From a bacterium (lineage in GTDB: Bacteria > Patescibacteriota > Minisyncoccia > UBA6257 > GWB1-50-10), in the NCBI GenBank assembly GCA_021824045.1, contig JAKALR010000002.1:1-57923 (forward strand): a stretch of 57,923 nt of DNA. Reading direction: 5' to 3'. Made by a program: the position numbers and the translations under genes. Below are positions 25,915-36,078 of the stretch, one piece after another. How positions within the stretch are numbered: position 1 is the stretch's first letter; each line of letters starts with the position of its first letter. The notes under the pieces are model-generated. The model ran no database searches, was not told the DNA's origin, and saw only the letters and a list, made by a program, of their open reading frames with translations.

Positions 25915-27219
25915 ATGGATTTAAAAGAATTAGCAAGCGCGGTCGAGCAGATATCGGCCGAAAAAGGAATCGCCCCCGAGAAAGTTCTCGGAGCGATTGA
26001 ATCGGCTATCGCCGCCGCGTACAAAAAGGAGTATCGGAAGAAGTCGGAAGTCATTCGGGCCAAGTTCAATCTGAAAACCGGAGAACTGGAATTCTTCCAG
26101 GTGAAAGCCGTCGTTGATCCGTCGGAGGTTACAATCGTCGAAGAGGAGGAGGGACCGGTCGAAAAGCCCGCCGACGCTAAGGCTGTGGCGGATAAGCCCG
26201 AAAAGGCAGAGGGGGAAGAAACACTCCCGCGCTTCAACGCGGATCGGCAGATCCTCGCGGAGGACGCGAAGAAAATAAAAGCGGACGCTAAATCCGGCGA
26301 CGAGCTGGAGTTCCCACTCGAGGGGAAGAGCGACTTCGGTCGCATCGCGGCCCAAACCGCCAAGCAGGTGGTTCTGCAGTCCATTCGCGAAGCGGAGCGT
26401 TCTTCCATTAAGGATGAGTTCTCGAGCAAGGAAGGAGAAATCATGAGCGGGCAAATCCAGCGGTTTGAGCGCGGGAACGTGTACGTGAACCTCGGACGCG
26501 CCTTGGGAATTATGTATCCCAATGAAAGCATCCCGGGAGAACATTACCGGGTCGGCGATCGAATGCGGTTCTATGTCCTGGCCGTTCAGGATGACGCCCG
26601 GCGTCCGGGCATCGTTTTATCGCGTTCGCACCCGAACTTCGTCAGGAAACTTTTCGAACTTGAAGTTCCGGAAATAGCGGACGGAACCGTCGTTATTAAG
26701 GAGATTTCACGGGAAGCGGGTTCGCGCACCAAAGTCGCCGTCGCCTCCAATGAAGAGGGCATCGATCCGGTGGGAGCCGCCGTCGGCCAGCGGGGGACGC
26801 GGGTGATGGCGGTCACGAACGAACTTGGCAATGAGAAAGTTGATGTCATCGAATGGTCCGATGATCCGGCGAAATTCATCCCGAGTGCTCTCTCGCCGGC
26901 GAAGGTGAAATCAATCGAGGTGTTGCCGAGGAGGGAAGCGAGGGTTCTGGTCCCCGAGGATCAGTTGAGCTTGGCTATCGGCAAGGGCGGGCAAAACGTC
27001 CGGCTCGCCGCGAAATTGACCGGCTGGAAAATTGATGTCCGCTCTCAATCAAATCCGGAAGAAGTCCAGGAGGGCGGTATCGCGGCCAGTGAGGTAAAGC
27101 ACGGGGGAGGAGAAGAAGCGGCGAGTGAAGCGATCGAACCCGCCGCCCACGATGACGAAGACGAAGACAATCCGAAACTGGACGTTGAAGTTTTAAATAA
27201 GGCAGTCGAAGAAAAATAA
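25915..27219 (+). CDS. nusA: Transcription termination/antitermination factor NusA with acidic C-terminal tail
   Basis: [19 protein letters not shown], an S1 domain, and KH domains ([22 protein letters not shown]). Start is set after the repeat element. Confidence 0.92.
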   Translation: MDLKELASAVEQISAEKGIAPEKVLGAIESAIAAAYKKEYRKKSEVIRAKFNLKTGELEFFQVKAVVDPSEVTIVEEEEGPVEKPADAKAVADKPEKAEGEETLPRFNADRQILAEDAKKIKADAKSGDELEFPLEGKSDFGRIAAQTAKQVVLQSIREAERSSIKDEFSSKEGEIMSGQIQRFERGNVYVNLGRALGIMYPNESIPGEHYRVGDRMRFYVLAVQDDARRPGIVLSRSHPNFVRKLFELEVPEIADGTVVIKEISREAGSRTKVAVASNEEGIDPVGAAVGQRGTRVMAVTNELGNEKVDVIEWSDDPAKFIPSALSPAKVKSIEVLPRREARVLVPEDQLSLAIGKGGQNVRLAAKLTGWKIDVRSQSNPEEVQEGGIAASEVKHGGGEEAASEAIEPAAHDDEDEDNPKLDVEVLNKAVEEK

Positions 27220-27229
27220 TACAACCACC

Positions 27230-29197
27230 ATGAATTACTTGATTTTCGGTCCCATTGTTCTCGCGGTGCTCTACACCGCCTATCTGTCGTTCTGGCTGAA
27301 GAAGCAGGATTCGGGGAATGAAAAAATGAAAGAGATATCGAAGGCAATCCAGGAGGGATCTTCGGCGTATCTCGGCAGGCAGTATAAGACGGTCGGCGTG
27401 GTCGCGCTCGTCCTCTTTGCGGTCATTTATTTCGCGCTCGGATGGCTCACGGCCCTCGGATTCTTTGTCGGCGCGGCCGCTTCGGCCCTCGCCGGATTCC
27501 TCGGTATGGGCGTCGCGGTTCGTTCGAATTCGAAGACGACAAGCGCGGCGAGTCGGGGACTCAAACCGGCTCTCTCGCTGGCTTTCAAAGCCGGTTCGGT
27601 AACCGGTTTTCTGGTTGTCGCGCTGGGCCTTCTCTCGGTCTCGGGATTTTTTCTTTTGACGCACGACGTGAGGGCTTTGATCGGCCTGGGATTCGGCGCG
27701 AGCTTGATTTCGGTCTTCGCCCGCCTCGGCGGTGGCATCTTCACGAAGGCGGCTGACGTCGGTACGGATTTGGTCGGGAAAGTCGAAGCCGGCATTCCGG
27801 AGGACGACCCGCGGAATCCGGGTGTTATCGCGGACAACGTCGGCGACAACGTCGGCGATTGCGCCGGCATGGCAGCCGATCTTTTCGAAACGTATGCGGT
27901 GACCCTGACCGCCGCTATCTTGATTGGGAGCGCCCTGGCTCTTTCGGGAGCTCAGCTGATCTTTCCGCTTGTCTTGGGCGGTCTCGCCATCATCGCGTCC
28001 ATCGTCGGAAGTTTCTTCGTGAAATTGGGGAAGAGCGGATCGATCATGGGGGCGCTCTACAAGGGACTCATCGCGGCCTTGATCGTTGCGGCGATCCTCT
28101 TCTATTTCGCGGCTGAAGTTTTCATGGCGGGGAACTCATTGAATATATTCTTCTCGAGCGTAATCGGGTTGGCCGTGACGGCCCTGATGGTCGTCATCAC
28201 CGACTACTACACGTCAAAGAAATACCGGCCGGTCAAAAGCATCGCTGACGCTTCGAATTCCGGTCACGGGACGAACATCATTATCGGCCTTTCGGTCGGC
28301 ATGGAAGCGACCTTCCTCCCGATCCTCGTCATCGTCGGCGGCATCGTTGGATCGTATCTCCTCGCTGGCATTTACGGCGTCGCGATTGCGGCGGTTTCCA
28401 TGCTCTCCGTCGCGGGGATTATCATTTCCATCGATTCCTTCGGACCGATTACCGACAACGCCGGCGGGATTGCCGAGATGTCCGGAGCTTCGGAAGACGT
28501 GCGGAAAATAACCGACGCCTTGGATGCCGTTGGGAATACCACGAAAGCGGTGACCAAGGGATATGCCATCGTATCGGCGGGCCTTGCGGCTCTGGTGCTC
28601 TTCAGCGCGTATACGGACGCGATTGCGAAAATTTCGTCTCATGTCGCTTTCGACATTCAGAATCCCTATGTCTTGATCGGGCTCATTTTGGGGGCGGCCG
28701 TCCCGTACCTCTTCGGGTCCATGGCGATGCGGTCGGTCGGGAAGGCGGCCGGGTCCATCGTTGAAGAAATTCGGAGGCAATTCCGGGAAATCCACGGGCT
28801 CTTGGAAGGATCGGCGAAGCCGGATTACAAAAAAGCTGTCGATATCGTGACGAAATCGGCGCTTCGGGAAATGATCGTTCCGGCGCTTTTGCCGATCGTG
28901 ATGGTCCTCCTCGTCGGATTCATTTTCGGAAAAGAAGCGCTCGGCGGATTCCTGATCGGCACAATCGTCTCGGGGCTCTTCGTCGCGATTTCCATGACCT
29001 CCGGCGGAGCGGCGTGGGACAACGCCAAGAAATACATTGAGTCCGGCAACCACGGCGGTAAGGGATCGGAAGCTCACAAGGCAGCCATAACCGGCGATAC
29101 CGTCGGCGACCCGTACAAGGATACCGCGGGTCCGGCGATCAATCCGCTCATCAAGGTTATCAATATCGTTGCCCTCCTCATCGTCCCGTTTTTATAG
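27230..29197 (+). CDS. hppA: Membrane-bound proton/sodium-translocating pyrophosphatase
   Basis: [21 protein letters not shown] and [22 protein letters not shown]. 655 aa and polytopic. Confidence 0.95.
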   Translation: MNYLIFGPIVLAVLYTAYLSFWLKKQDSGNEKMKEISKAIQEGSSAYLGRQYKTVGVVALVLFAVIYFALGWLTALGFFVGAAASALAGFLGMGVAVRSNSKTTSAASRGLKPALSLAFKAGSVTGFLVVALGLLSVSGFFLLTHDVRALIGLGFGASLISVFARLGGGIFTKAADVGTDLVGKVEAGIPEDDPRNPGVIADNVGDNVGDCAGMAADLFETYAVTLTAAILIGSALALSGAQLIFPLVLGGLAIIASIVGSFFVKLGKSGSIMGALYKGLIAALIVAAILFYFAAEVFMAGNSLNIFFSSVIGLAVTALMVVITDYYTSKKYRPVKSIADASNSGHGTNIIIGLSVGMEATFLPILVIVGGIVGSYLLAGIYGVAIAAVSMLSVAGIIISIDSFGPITDNAGGIAEMSGASEDVRKITDALDAVGNTTKAVTKGYAIVSAGLAALVLFSAYTDAIAKISSHVAFDIQNPYVLIGLILGAAVPYLFGSMAMRSVGKAAGSIVEEIRRQFREIHGLLEGSAKPDYKKAVDIVTKSALREMIVPALLPIVMVLLVGFIFGKEALGGFLIGTIVSGLFVAISMTSGGAAWDNAKKYIESGNHGGKGSEAHKAAITGDTVGDPYKDTAGPAINPLIKVINIVALLIVPFL

Positions 29198-29240
29198 ATT
29201 CCGGGAGAAGATTATTGTCTTCTCGTTGTGATGATAAAGC

Positions 29241-29278
29241 AGACAGGTGGTATACTATAGTATACCACCTGTCTTTTA
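29241..29278 (+). terminator. Rho-independent terminator (perfect 34 bp palindrome plus T-tract)
   Basis: AGACAGGTGGTATACTA/TAGTATACCACCTGTCT followed by TTTT. Confidence 0.8.
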
Positions 29279-29319
29279 TGCGTCGGATTCTTTAGTATAG
29301 AAGGTAATACGCTATAGAT

Positions 29320-29425
29320 CCCGTTAGAAACCGCAAACTTATGGAAAAAATAATTACGAAAGAAGTCGAACTAGCCGCGCATGATGCGCCATCGCTTGCG
29401 AAGAATGCGTTTTGTTTCTAACGGG
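29320..29425 (+). mobile_element. Family-1 TIR element, subtype B (106 bp), abutting the murD start
   Basis: TIRs CCCGTTAGAAAC / GTTTCTAACGGG. The internal sequence is homologous to copies 5246, 6188 and 7607. Confidence 0.75.
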
Positions 29426-30871
29426 ATGAATTTCAAGGACAAGAAAGTTTTAGTGATGGGGCTCGGGACCCTGGGCGGCGGGATCGCCGCGGCAAAGTGG
29501 TTTGTGCGGCAGGGCGCGCGGGTCACCGTGACCGACACGCGGCCGGAGAAGAATCTCGCGGCCTCGGTGAGGGCGCTCGGCGGAGCGGCGAAGAAAATCA
29601 CCTTCATTTTCGGAGAACATCGGGAAGAGAATTTCAAGGAAAATGATGTCATTGTCGTGAACCCGGCCGTTCCGCGGGAAAGCAGATATCTCGCGATCGC
29701 GAAAAAAAACCGGAAACTCCTGGTGAACGACGCTCGGGTTTTTTTTGATGTCGTGAAAAACCCCGTCATCGCGGTCACGGGGACCCGGGGGAAAACGACG
29801 ACGACGAACTGGATAGCCCATTTTCTAAAAGTGAAAAACGGGAATGTCGTCGCGGCCGGGAATTCTTCCGATGTCGCTCTTTTGGATCTCGCGGATAAGC
29901 TGAACGATAAAAAAGAGCCGGTAGTCGTCGAGCTTTCGTCGTGGCAATTGGAGCTTTTGCCGGGAGCACGGCGCGCGCCCGACATCGCGGTTATCACCAA
30001 CCTCCATCCGGACCATTTGAACCGGTATCACGGGATTAAAGCGTACGCCCTCGCCAAGGCGAATATTTTCCGGGGACAGAAGAGGAGCCAAAAATTGATC
30101 CTGAACGGCGACAGTCCATGGACGGAATTCTTTTTGCGATTGCGGCCGAAATCGTCGATCTTTTTCTTTTCTCTCCGGCAGTTGCCGAAAAACAGGAACG
30201 GAATTTTCCTGAAAGAGGGAGTAATTTTCTTCCGGTTCGGGGGAGTGTCCGCGCCGGTGGTCGCGAAAGAAGCCGTCTCGAGTGTCGCGGGGAAAGGGGA
30301 GCATAACGTCGCGAATTTCATGGCCGCAGCGCTTGCCGCGCATCTCGCGGGCGTTCCGTGGTCCGCGATAGCGCGAGCGGCGGGAAAACTGCCGCAGATA
30401 CGATATCGAGAGGAAATTGTTGTACAAAAAAAGAATTTCACGGTGGTAAACGACTCCACAGCCACTTCGCCCGACGCCGTCATTGCCGCCATCCGCCGCT
30501 TTAAGAGCCGAGGTGATTTGATTCTCATAACCGGCGGGACGGATAAAAATCTCGATTTTGAACAACTTGCCGAAGAAATAAAAAAGACGCTCCCGCCGGA
30601 AGACGTTTTTTTGTTGAACGGCAGCGCCACAAGAAAACTTGTAACTGAGTTGAAAAAGATGAAGTATTTTAATGAACAAAAACCTCAGCTTTTCGAAAAC
30701 CTCGAAGATATTCTAAGGGAAATTAAGTCCCTATACGCTATACCCCACACCCTAACCTCTCGTATCATTCTCTTTTCTCCCGGTGCCGCGAGTTTCGAAA
30801 AATTCAAGAATGAATTCGACCGCGGGGAAAAATTCGATGGATACGCGAAAAAGGTATTCAGACAGAAATAG
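29426..30871 (+). CDS. murD: UDP-N-acetylmuramoylalanine--D-glutamate ligase
   Basis: VMGLGTLGGGIAAAKWF and TGTRGKTTT. Start is set at MNFKDKK after the repeat element. Confidence 0.88.
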   Translation: MNFKDKKVLVMGLGTLGGGIAAAKWFVRQGARVTVTDTRPEKNLAASVRALGGAAKKITFIFGEHREENFKENDVIVVNPAVPRESRYLAIAKKNRKLLVNDARVFFDVVKNPVIAVTGTRGKTTTTNWIAHFLKVKNGNVVAAGNSSDVALLDLADKLNDKKEPVVVELSSWQLELLPGARRAPDIAVITNLHPDHLNRYHGIKAYALAKANIFRGQKRSQKLILNGDSPWTEFFLRLRPKSSIFFFSLRQLPKNRNGIFLKEGVIFFRFGGVSAPVVAKEAVSSVAGKGEHNVANFMAAALAAHLAGVPWSAIARAAGKLPQIRYREEIVVQKKNFTVVNDSTATSPDAVIAAIRRFKSRGDLILITGGTDKNLDFEQLAEEIKKTLPPEDVFLLNGSATRKLVTELKKMKYFNEQKPQLFENLEDILREIKSLYAIPHTLTSRIILFSPGAASFEKFKNEFDRGEKFDGYAKKVFRQK

Positions 30872-30934
30872 ATAAAAACTGATACCTACGGATAGTATCT
30901 CCTTATCTCTATTTATCTCCACTCCGTATCCGTC

Positions 30935-31408
30935 CTAGTCCGCTGCCTTTACTTTCAATTTCTTTGCCTTGGAACGGTTGAGCTTCGGCATCCGGATCGT
31001 GAGAACCCCCTTTGAGAGATTGGCCGTCGAATGGTCCGGATCGACTTCCTGGGGAAGGATAATCGATCGCGAGAATGTCCCCCAGAAAAGCTCCTGGTAG
31101 AAATAATTTTTCTCTTCCACCTTCTTTTCCTGTTTTCTCGTTCCCTTCACGGTTACCGATTCGGTTGTGATGTTGATCTCGAGGTTGTCGTCGTCGACGC
31201 CGGCAACGGTCGATTGGACGACGATGTCATCTCCGTCGTCGTAGACGTCAACGGTCAACGTCCCCTCGCCTTCATCGGAAGCAACAAGTTTCCCTTTTTC
31301 CTCCCGGTCTTCTTTTTCATTTTCCTCGATTTTGATGGGAACCGGCTCGCTCTTCACCTTCGCCAATTCCACGAAAATATCGTTATCTTTGTTTTCAAAA
31401 TTTTCCAT
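30935..31408 (-). CDS. Hsp20/alpha-crystallin family small heat-shock protein
   Basis: Alpha-crystallin domain ...FSRSIILPQEVDPDHSTANLSKGVLTIRMPK. Confidence 0.85.
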   Translation of the reverse strand: MENFENKDNDIFVELAKVKSEPVPIKIEENEKEDREEKGKLVASDEGEGTLTVDVYDDGDDIVVQSTVAGVDDDNLEINITTESVTVKGTRKQEKKVEEKNYFYQELFWGTFSRSIILPQEVDPDHSTANLSKGVLTIRMPKLNRSKAKKLKVKAAD

Positions 31409-31529
31409 AGTTTTAGTACCTTGAAACTTTTCTCAATTATAGCACAAGAAAGAAGGGATAGGGATGGAAATAAGTAGAGGTAGGTAGATAGGGATTATAA
31501 CGGCCCTCCCCGTGTACATCTAGTTATCT

Positions 31530-32234
31530 CTATTGTGTATCCGTTGACTTTCTCTTCAATTTCTCGAAATCCGTGAGCACCCAGAAGGCGATAAATACCA
31601 GGAAAAAGGTCGGATAGAAAATGTCGGTTGTCTGGAATTGCACCACGAAAAAGTTGAATATCGCATGCACCGCGACGGCGATGAGGAGGCCGATCCAGAT
31701 AGCGTTTTTGGATTTTTTGAAAAAGCTGAGCGCCCAGGAGTAGCCGACGATGCCGGAGGCGAGCGCGTGGAGAAGTGTCGCGCCGATGAATCGCAGAGAA
31801 ACGGCGTTCAGCATATCGAAGATCGTTTTGAGCGTTACGACGTCGAGGCTGTTTTTGACGACAAAGAAATTTTCAATTGTGGCGAATCCGAGTGCTGCCG
31901 TGATCATGTAGATCATGGCGTCCACCGGTTCGTCAAAATACCTGCTCTTCTCATTCACGAGGTATGCCGCCAGGAATTTGAAGATCTCTTCGATAATCGC
32001 GATGCCGATGATGAACAGGAGAAAGCTGTGGAGCGGCGTGACGGCTATTTTTTGAAATACCAACTCGAGGAACAAGACGGGGATGCTCGAGAGTATGCCC
32101 ATGAGGAATGTCAGGGCAAGCATCCTTTTCGGCTCCGGATGCATATCCTCCCTGATGAAGAAGAGAAGCCAAATCAGCGCCGGAATCGCGGCGATGACGA
32201 ACGCCAGGATGATGTTCAGGTAATTGGTTACCAT
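31530..32234 (-). CDS. prsW: PrsW-family intramembrane protease
   Basis: IIEEIFKFLAA (EExxK), ALGFATIENF, and ATLLHALASG motifs. Polytopic. Confidence 0.75.
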   Translation of the reverse strand: MVTNYLNIILAFVIAAIPALIWLLFFIREDMHPEPKRMLALTFLMGILSSIPVLFLELVFQKIAVTPLHSFLLFIIGIAIIEEIFKFLAAYLVNEKSRYFDEPVDAMIYMITAALGFATIENFFVVKNSLDVVTLKTIFDMLNAVSLRFIGATLLHALASGIVGYSWALSFFKKSKNAIWIGLLIAVAVHAIFNFFVVQFQTTDIFYPTFFLVFIAFWVLTDFEKLKRKSTDTQ

Positions 32235-34432
32235 GCGGTTATCATGAGAAATTCATCCCCCGCGCTCTTGAGGTTTTGATGGATCGCTTCGGTCACGAAC
32301 GGCATGAAGGGATGGAGGAGGATGAGGGATTCCCCGATCGTCGCGGTGAGGATGGCCTTCGTCGTTTCTTCCGTGTCTTTGTTCGCCAGCTGTTTTTTCG
32401 ATTCTTCCAGATAAACATCGCAGAAATCGTGCCAGAAGAAATCGTAAAGATTCTGGAGCGCTTTCGCGAATTCGAATTGTTCTATGGATTTTTCTGTTTC
32501 TTTTTTAATTTTCGCCAGCTTACCGAGAATCTCTTTGTCGGCTGTCGTTTGAGGTTTAGCATTGCCCCCTTTCGCCAAGGCTGCGGAGGATGGCTCGTTT
32601 TGCAGGACAAAACGAGCCGCGTTCCAAATTTTGTTGCAGAACTTGCGTCCCGCCGCGACTGCCGCCTCATCCCAATGGATATCCTGACCGGTCGCCTGCC
32701 AGACGACGGCAAAGCGGGTTGCGTCCGCGCCGTATTGTTCGATGTATTTCAGGGGATCAACGCCCGTTCCCAGACTCTTCGACATTCGCCTGCCGTCCTT
32801 CGTGAGGATGGTTCCGTTGATGAAAACATCACTGAAGGGAACTTTCCCCATGAATTCGATGCCGGAGAATATCATGCGGGTGATCCACGGGTTGATGATA
32901 TCGCGGGCCGTGATGACCGCGTTGCCGGGATAGTACTTCTTCCGGTCGCTTGCGGAAAGTCCGGCGAACGGCCAGAGCGCGGACGAGAACCAGGTATCCA
33001 AAACATCGACCGACTGAACCATGTCGCAATTTTTACAAATTGGACACGCTGCCGGTTTTTTCACGGACACCACGAAATCTTCGGCCGATGAATTTTTAAT
33101 TTTTAATTTTAAATTTTTATTGGAAATTGGAAATTGAGAATTGGAAATTTCAGTTTGATTTTTACAGAACCAAACCGGCAACTGATGCCCCCACCACAGC
33201 TGGCGCGAGATTGTCCAATCGCGGATGTTGAGGAGCCAGTCAAAATACGTTTTCTCGAAGTTTTCGGGGCGGATTTTCACCTTCCCGCTCTTCGCGGCTT
33301 TCACGGCATTCTTGGCGAGAGTTTCCATTTTGAGAAACCACTGCGTCGAGGGGATTGGTTCAATCACGTGGCCGCAGCGGTAGCAGACAGCGACGTTATG
33401 CGCGTACGGTTCCTTGTTCTCTAAGAATCCGCCGTCCTGCAATTTCGCCGCGACCGCCGCGCGGGCCTCTTCCGTTTTCAGGCCGGCATATTCGCCGGCA
33501 TTCTCATTCATCTTTCCCCGGTCGTCGATGACTTGGATTGTTTCGAGATTGTGCCGCTGGCCGATCTCGAAATCGAGGATGTCGTGAGCCGGCGTGACCT
33601 TCACGGCGCCCGTTCCGAAGCTCGGGTCGATCTTCAAATCTTCGACGATCGGTATTTCACGGCCCGTGAGCGGAAGTTTCACCGTTTTGCCGACAAGCTT
33701 CGCATACCGCTTGTCTTTCGGATTCACCGCAACGGCCGTGTCGCCGAGCATCGTTTCGGGACGCGTCGTGGCGACGACGATTGATCCGGATCCGTCCGCG
33801 AGCGGATATTTTAAATACCAAAGCGTTCCCTGATCTTCCCGGTGTTCAAGCTCGAGTTCCGAGAGGCTGGTGCCGCACCGGGGGCACCAATTCACGGTGC
33901 GGAGACCGCGGTAAATCCAGCCCTTGTCGTAGTAATGAACGAAGGCGGCAAGAACATCCTTCGCGTACGCTTCATCCATGGTGAAGCGGAGCCGCGACCA
34001 ATCGGCCGAAACGCCGAGTTTTTTGAGCTGGTCCAGGATGATTCCGCCGTATTCCTCCTTCCATCGCCAAACATGTTCGACAAACTTCTCGCGGCCGAGT
34101 TCGAAGCGTGAGGTATCTTTTTTCCGCAATTCTTTTTCCACCTTGTACTGGGTGGCGATACCGGCATGGTCGGTTCCGGGAAGCCACAGCGTTCGATACC
34201 CCCGCATGCGATGGTAGCGGACAATGATGTCCTGGAGCGTGTTGTTGAGTGCGTGCCCCATATGGAGCGTCCCCGTCACGTTCGGGAGGGGCATATACAC
34301 GATGTAATTTTTAATTTTTAAACTTTTAATTTTTAAATTATCCGGATTGAAATAACCGGAATCGAGCCATTGCTGGTATATCTCCGGCTCAACCAGTTTC
34401 GGATCGTACGGTTTCGAAAAATCAGTTTTCAT
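32228..34432 (-). CDS. valS: Valine--tRNA ligase (compact, 734 aa)
   Basis: PNVTGTLHMGHAL (HIGH-type) and RMSKSLGT (KMSKS-type). Confidence 0.93.
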   Translation of the reverse strand: MKTDFSKPYDPKLVEPEIYQQWLDSGYFNPDNLKIKSLKIKNYIVYMPLPNVTGTLHMGHALNNTLQDIIVRYHRMRGYRTLWLPGTDHAGIATQYKVEKELRKKDTSRFELGREKFVEHVWRWKEEYGGIILDQLKKLGVSADWSRLRFTMDEAYAKDVLAAFVHYYDKGWIYRGLRTVNWCPRCGTSLSELELEHREDQGTLWYLKYPLADGSGSIVVATTRPETMLGDTAVAVNPKDKRYAKLVGKTVKLPLTGREIPIVEDLKIDPSFGTGAVKVTPAHDILDFEIGQRHNLETIQVIDDRGKMNENAGEYAGLKTEEARAAVAAKLQDGGFLENKEPYAHNVAVCYRCGHVIEPIPSTQWFLKMETLAKNAVKAAKSGKVKIRPENFEKTYFDWLLNIRDWTISRQLWWGHQLPVWFCKNQTEISNSQFPISNKNLKLKIKNSSAEDFVVSVKKPAACPICKNCDMVQSVDVLDTWFSSALWPFAGLSASDRKKYYPGNAVITARDIINPWITRMIFSGIEFMGKVPFSDVFINGTILTKDGRRMSKSLGTGVDPLKYIEQYGADATRFAVVWQATGQDIHWDEAAVAAGRKFCNKIWNAARFVLQNEPSSAALAKGGNAKPQTTADKEILGKLAKIKKETEKSIEQFEFAKALQNLYDFFWHDFCDVYLEESKKQLANKDTEETTKAILTATIGESLILLHPFMPFVTEAIHQNLKSAGDEFLMITAW

Positions 34433-34527
34433 TGGTTTTATTATGGCCGATTTTCACTTTAAAATGAAGCTCCCCGGGCCAATACCCGGGGTATTCTCGC
34501 GTAAGCGGGTAAGGTTTTGAATGAGGA

Positions 34528-35598
34528 TCAGAGACTGAGGTTCGCCTGGGCGGTGATGCGGCGATTCTTCTTTTTGAGTGTTTGAATGTATGCGGCGGCG
34601 GCGATCATCGCGGCATTATCGGTGTTGTATGCCATGGGCGGCGCGAAGAAATTCACGCCGAGTTTCTTGCTTTCGGCGGTGAGCGCTTCCCGAAGCGCTT
34701 GATTGGCGGCAACACCCCCGGCCAAAATGATGGATTTCGCCTTGCATTCTTTCACGGCGCGGGCCGTTTTATATACCAAGGTCTCGACAGCGGCGGCCTG
34801 GAAACTTGCTGCAATATCCTCGATGAAATTTTTGTTCCTTGATTGCCCCCTATGATCTCTTATATAGTAGAGCACCGACGTTTTGAGGCCGGAGAAGCTG
34901 AAGTCATAGTTTTTATCCTTCATCATCGGGCGGGGAAAATTCACGGACGTCGGGTTTCCAAGGGCGGCCGCTTTTTGGATCTCCGGTCCGCCGGGATAGG
35001 GGAGCCCCAACATCCGCGCAACTTTATCGAATGCTTCTCCAACGGCATCATCCCGCGTTTCGCCGAGTTTTTTCCACGTCGTAAGCGATTTGAGGAGCAG
35101 GAGGATCGTGTGCCCCCCGGAAACCACGAGGCCGATGGCCGGATACATCTTGGAATTTGTAATTTGCTTGCCCTCCGAAGCTTTAGCGAAGGAGGGGAAT
35201 TGAGCTTTTTGCATAAGCAAAAAGCTGTAGAGGTGTCCTTCCATGTGATTTACGCCGACGAGCTTGGCTTTCGGAAAGTAGTTCTTGTGGATTTCTTTCG
35301 CGAAATTGACGCCGGTCCAGAGCGCCGGCTCGAGGCCGGGGCCTACCGTCACGGCGACAACATCGGGGGATAGGGAATGGAGTTTAGGGTATAGGGCATT
35401 GAAGATCAGCGGTAAATTTTTCAGGTGTTCCCGTTTCGCGATGTTGGGAACCACGCCGCCGAATGGCGCGTGGAGCGCGATCTGCGAAGAAACGATATTT
35501 TTCAAAACGGTAAAGCTCGGATTTTTCATTCCGCCGGACGCCTCCACGAGCGCCAGGGCCGTTTCGTCGCAACTCGTTTCTATCGATAAGATTTTCAT
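34528..35598 (-). CDS. tsaD: tRNA N6-adenosine threonylcarbamoyltransferase TsaD
   Basis: IETSCDETA, VSGGHT, and GLPYPGGP motifs. Confidence 0.92.
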   Translation of the reverse strand: MKILSIETSCDETALALVEASGGMKNPSFTVLKNIVSSQIALHAPFGGVVPNIAKREHLKNLPLIFNALYPKLHSLSPDVVAVTVGPGLEPALWTGVNFAKEIHKNYFPKAKLVGVNHMEGHLYSFLLMQKAQFPSFAKASEGKQITNSKMYPAIGLVVSGGHTILLLLKSLTTWKKLGETRDDAVGEAFDKVARMLGLPYPGGPEIQKAAALGNPTSVNFPRPMMKDKNYDFSFSGLKTSVLYYIRDHRGQSRNKNFIEDIAASFQAAAVETLVYKTARAVKECKAKSIILAGGVAANQALREALTAESKKLGVNFFAPPMAYNTDNAAMIAAAAYIQTLKKKNRRITAQANLSL

Positions 35599-35668
35599 GA
35601 AGGGTGAATAATAGGTAAGGTACCAAGGAACTGGAAATCGGTAAAGAGGAGAGGTATACTATCCGCAT

Positions 35669-36073
35669 ATGATTCAATTTTTACTGATTTGGAGCGATTG
35701 GGGGATCTTGCTCGTGAGAGTGGTTTTGGGCTTGATTCTCATGGGGCACGGACTGCCCAAATTAAAAAATCTGAAGGCAGCCGGTGAAAACTTTCAAAGC
35801 ATGGGATTCAAACCGGGACCTTTCTGGGGGACGCTCGTCGCGCTCCTCGAAGTTTTCGGCGGGCTAGCCCTAATACTCGGCTTCCTCACCCAAATATTCG
35901 CCGCGTTCGTCGTGATCGAGTTCATCGTGATTCTCTCGACAATCAAGCGGAAGAGCGGATTCGTCGGCGGGTACGAGCTTGATCTTCTCATCTTAGCCGT
36001 GGCGGTGCTTCTGGTTTTCGTGGGGAGCGGGTCCGTGAGCATCGATAACATGCTCGGTCTTCTCATCTTTTAA
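35669..36073 (+). CDS. DoxX-family membrane protein
   Basis: 134 aa with four TM helices. RVVLGLILMGHGLPKL is typical of DoxX. Confidence 0.7.
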   Translation: MIQFLLIWSDWGILLVRVVLGLILMGHGLPKLKNLKAAGENFQSMGFKPGPFWGTLVALLEVFGGLALILGFLTQIFAAFVVIEFIVILSTIKRKSGFVGGYELDLLILAVAVLLVFVGSGSVSIDNMLGLLIF

Positions 36074-36078
36074 CGGTT

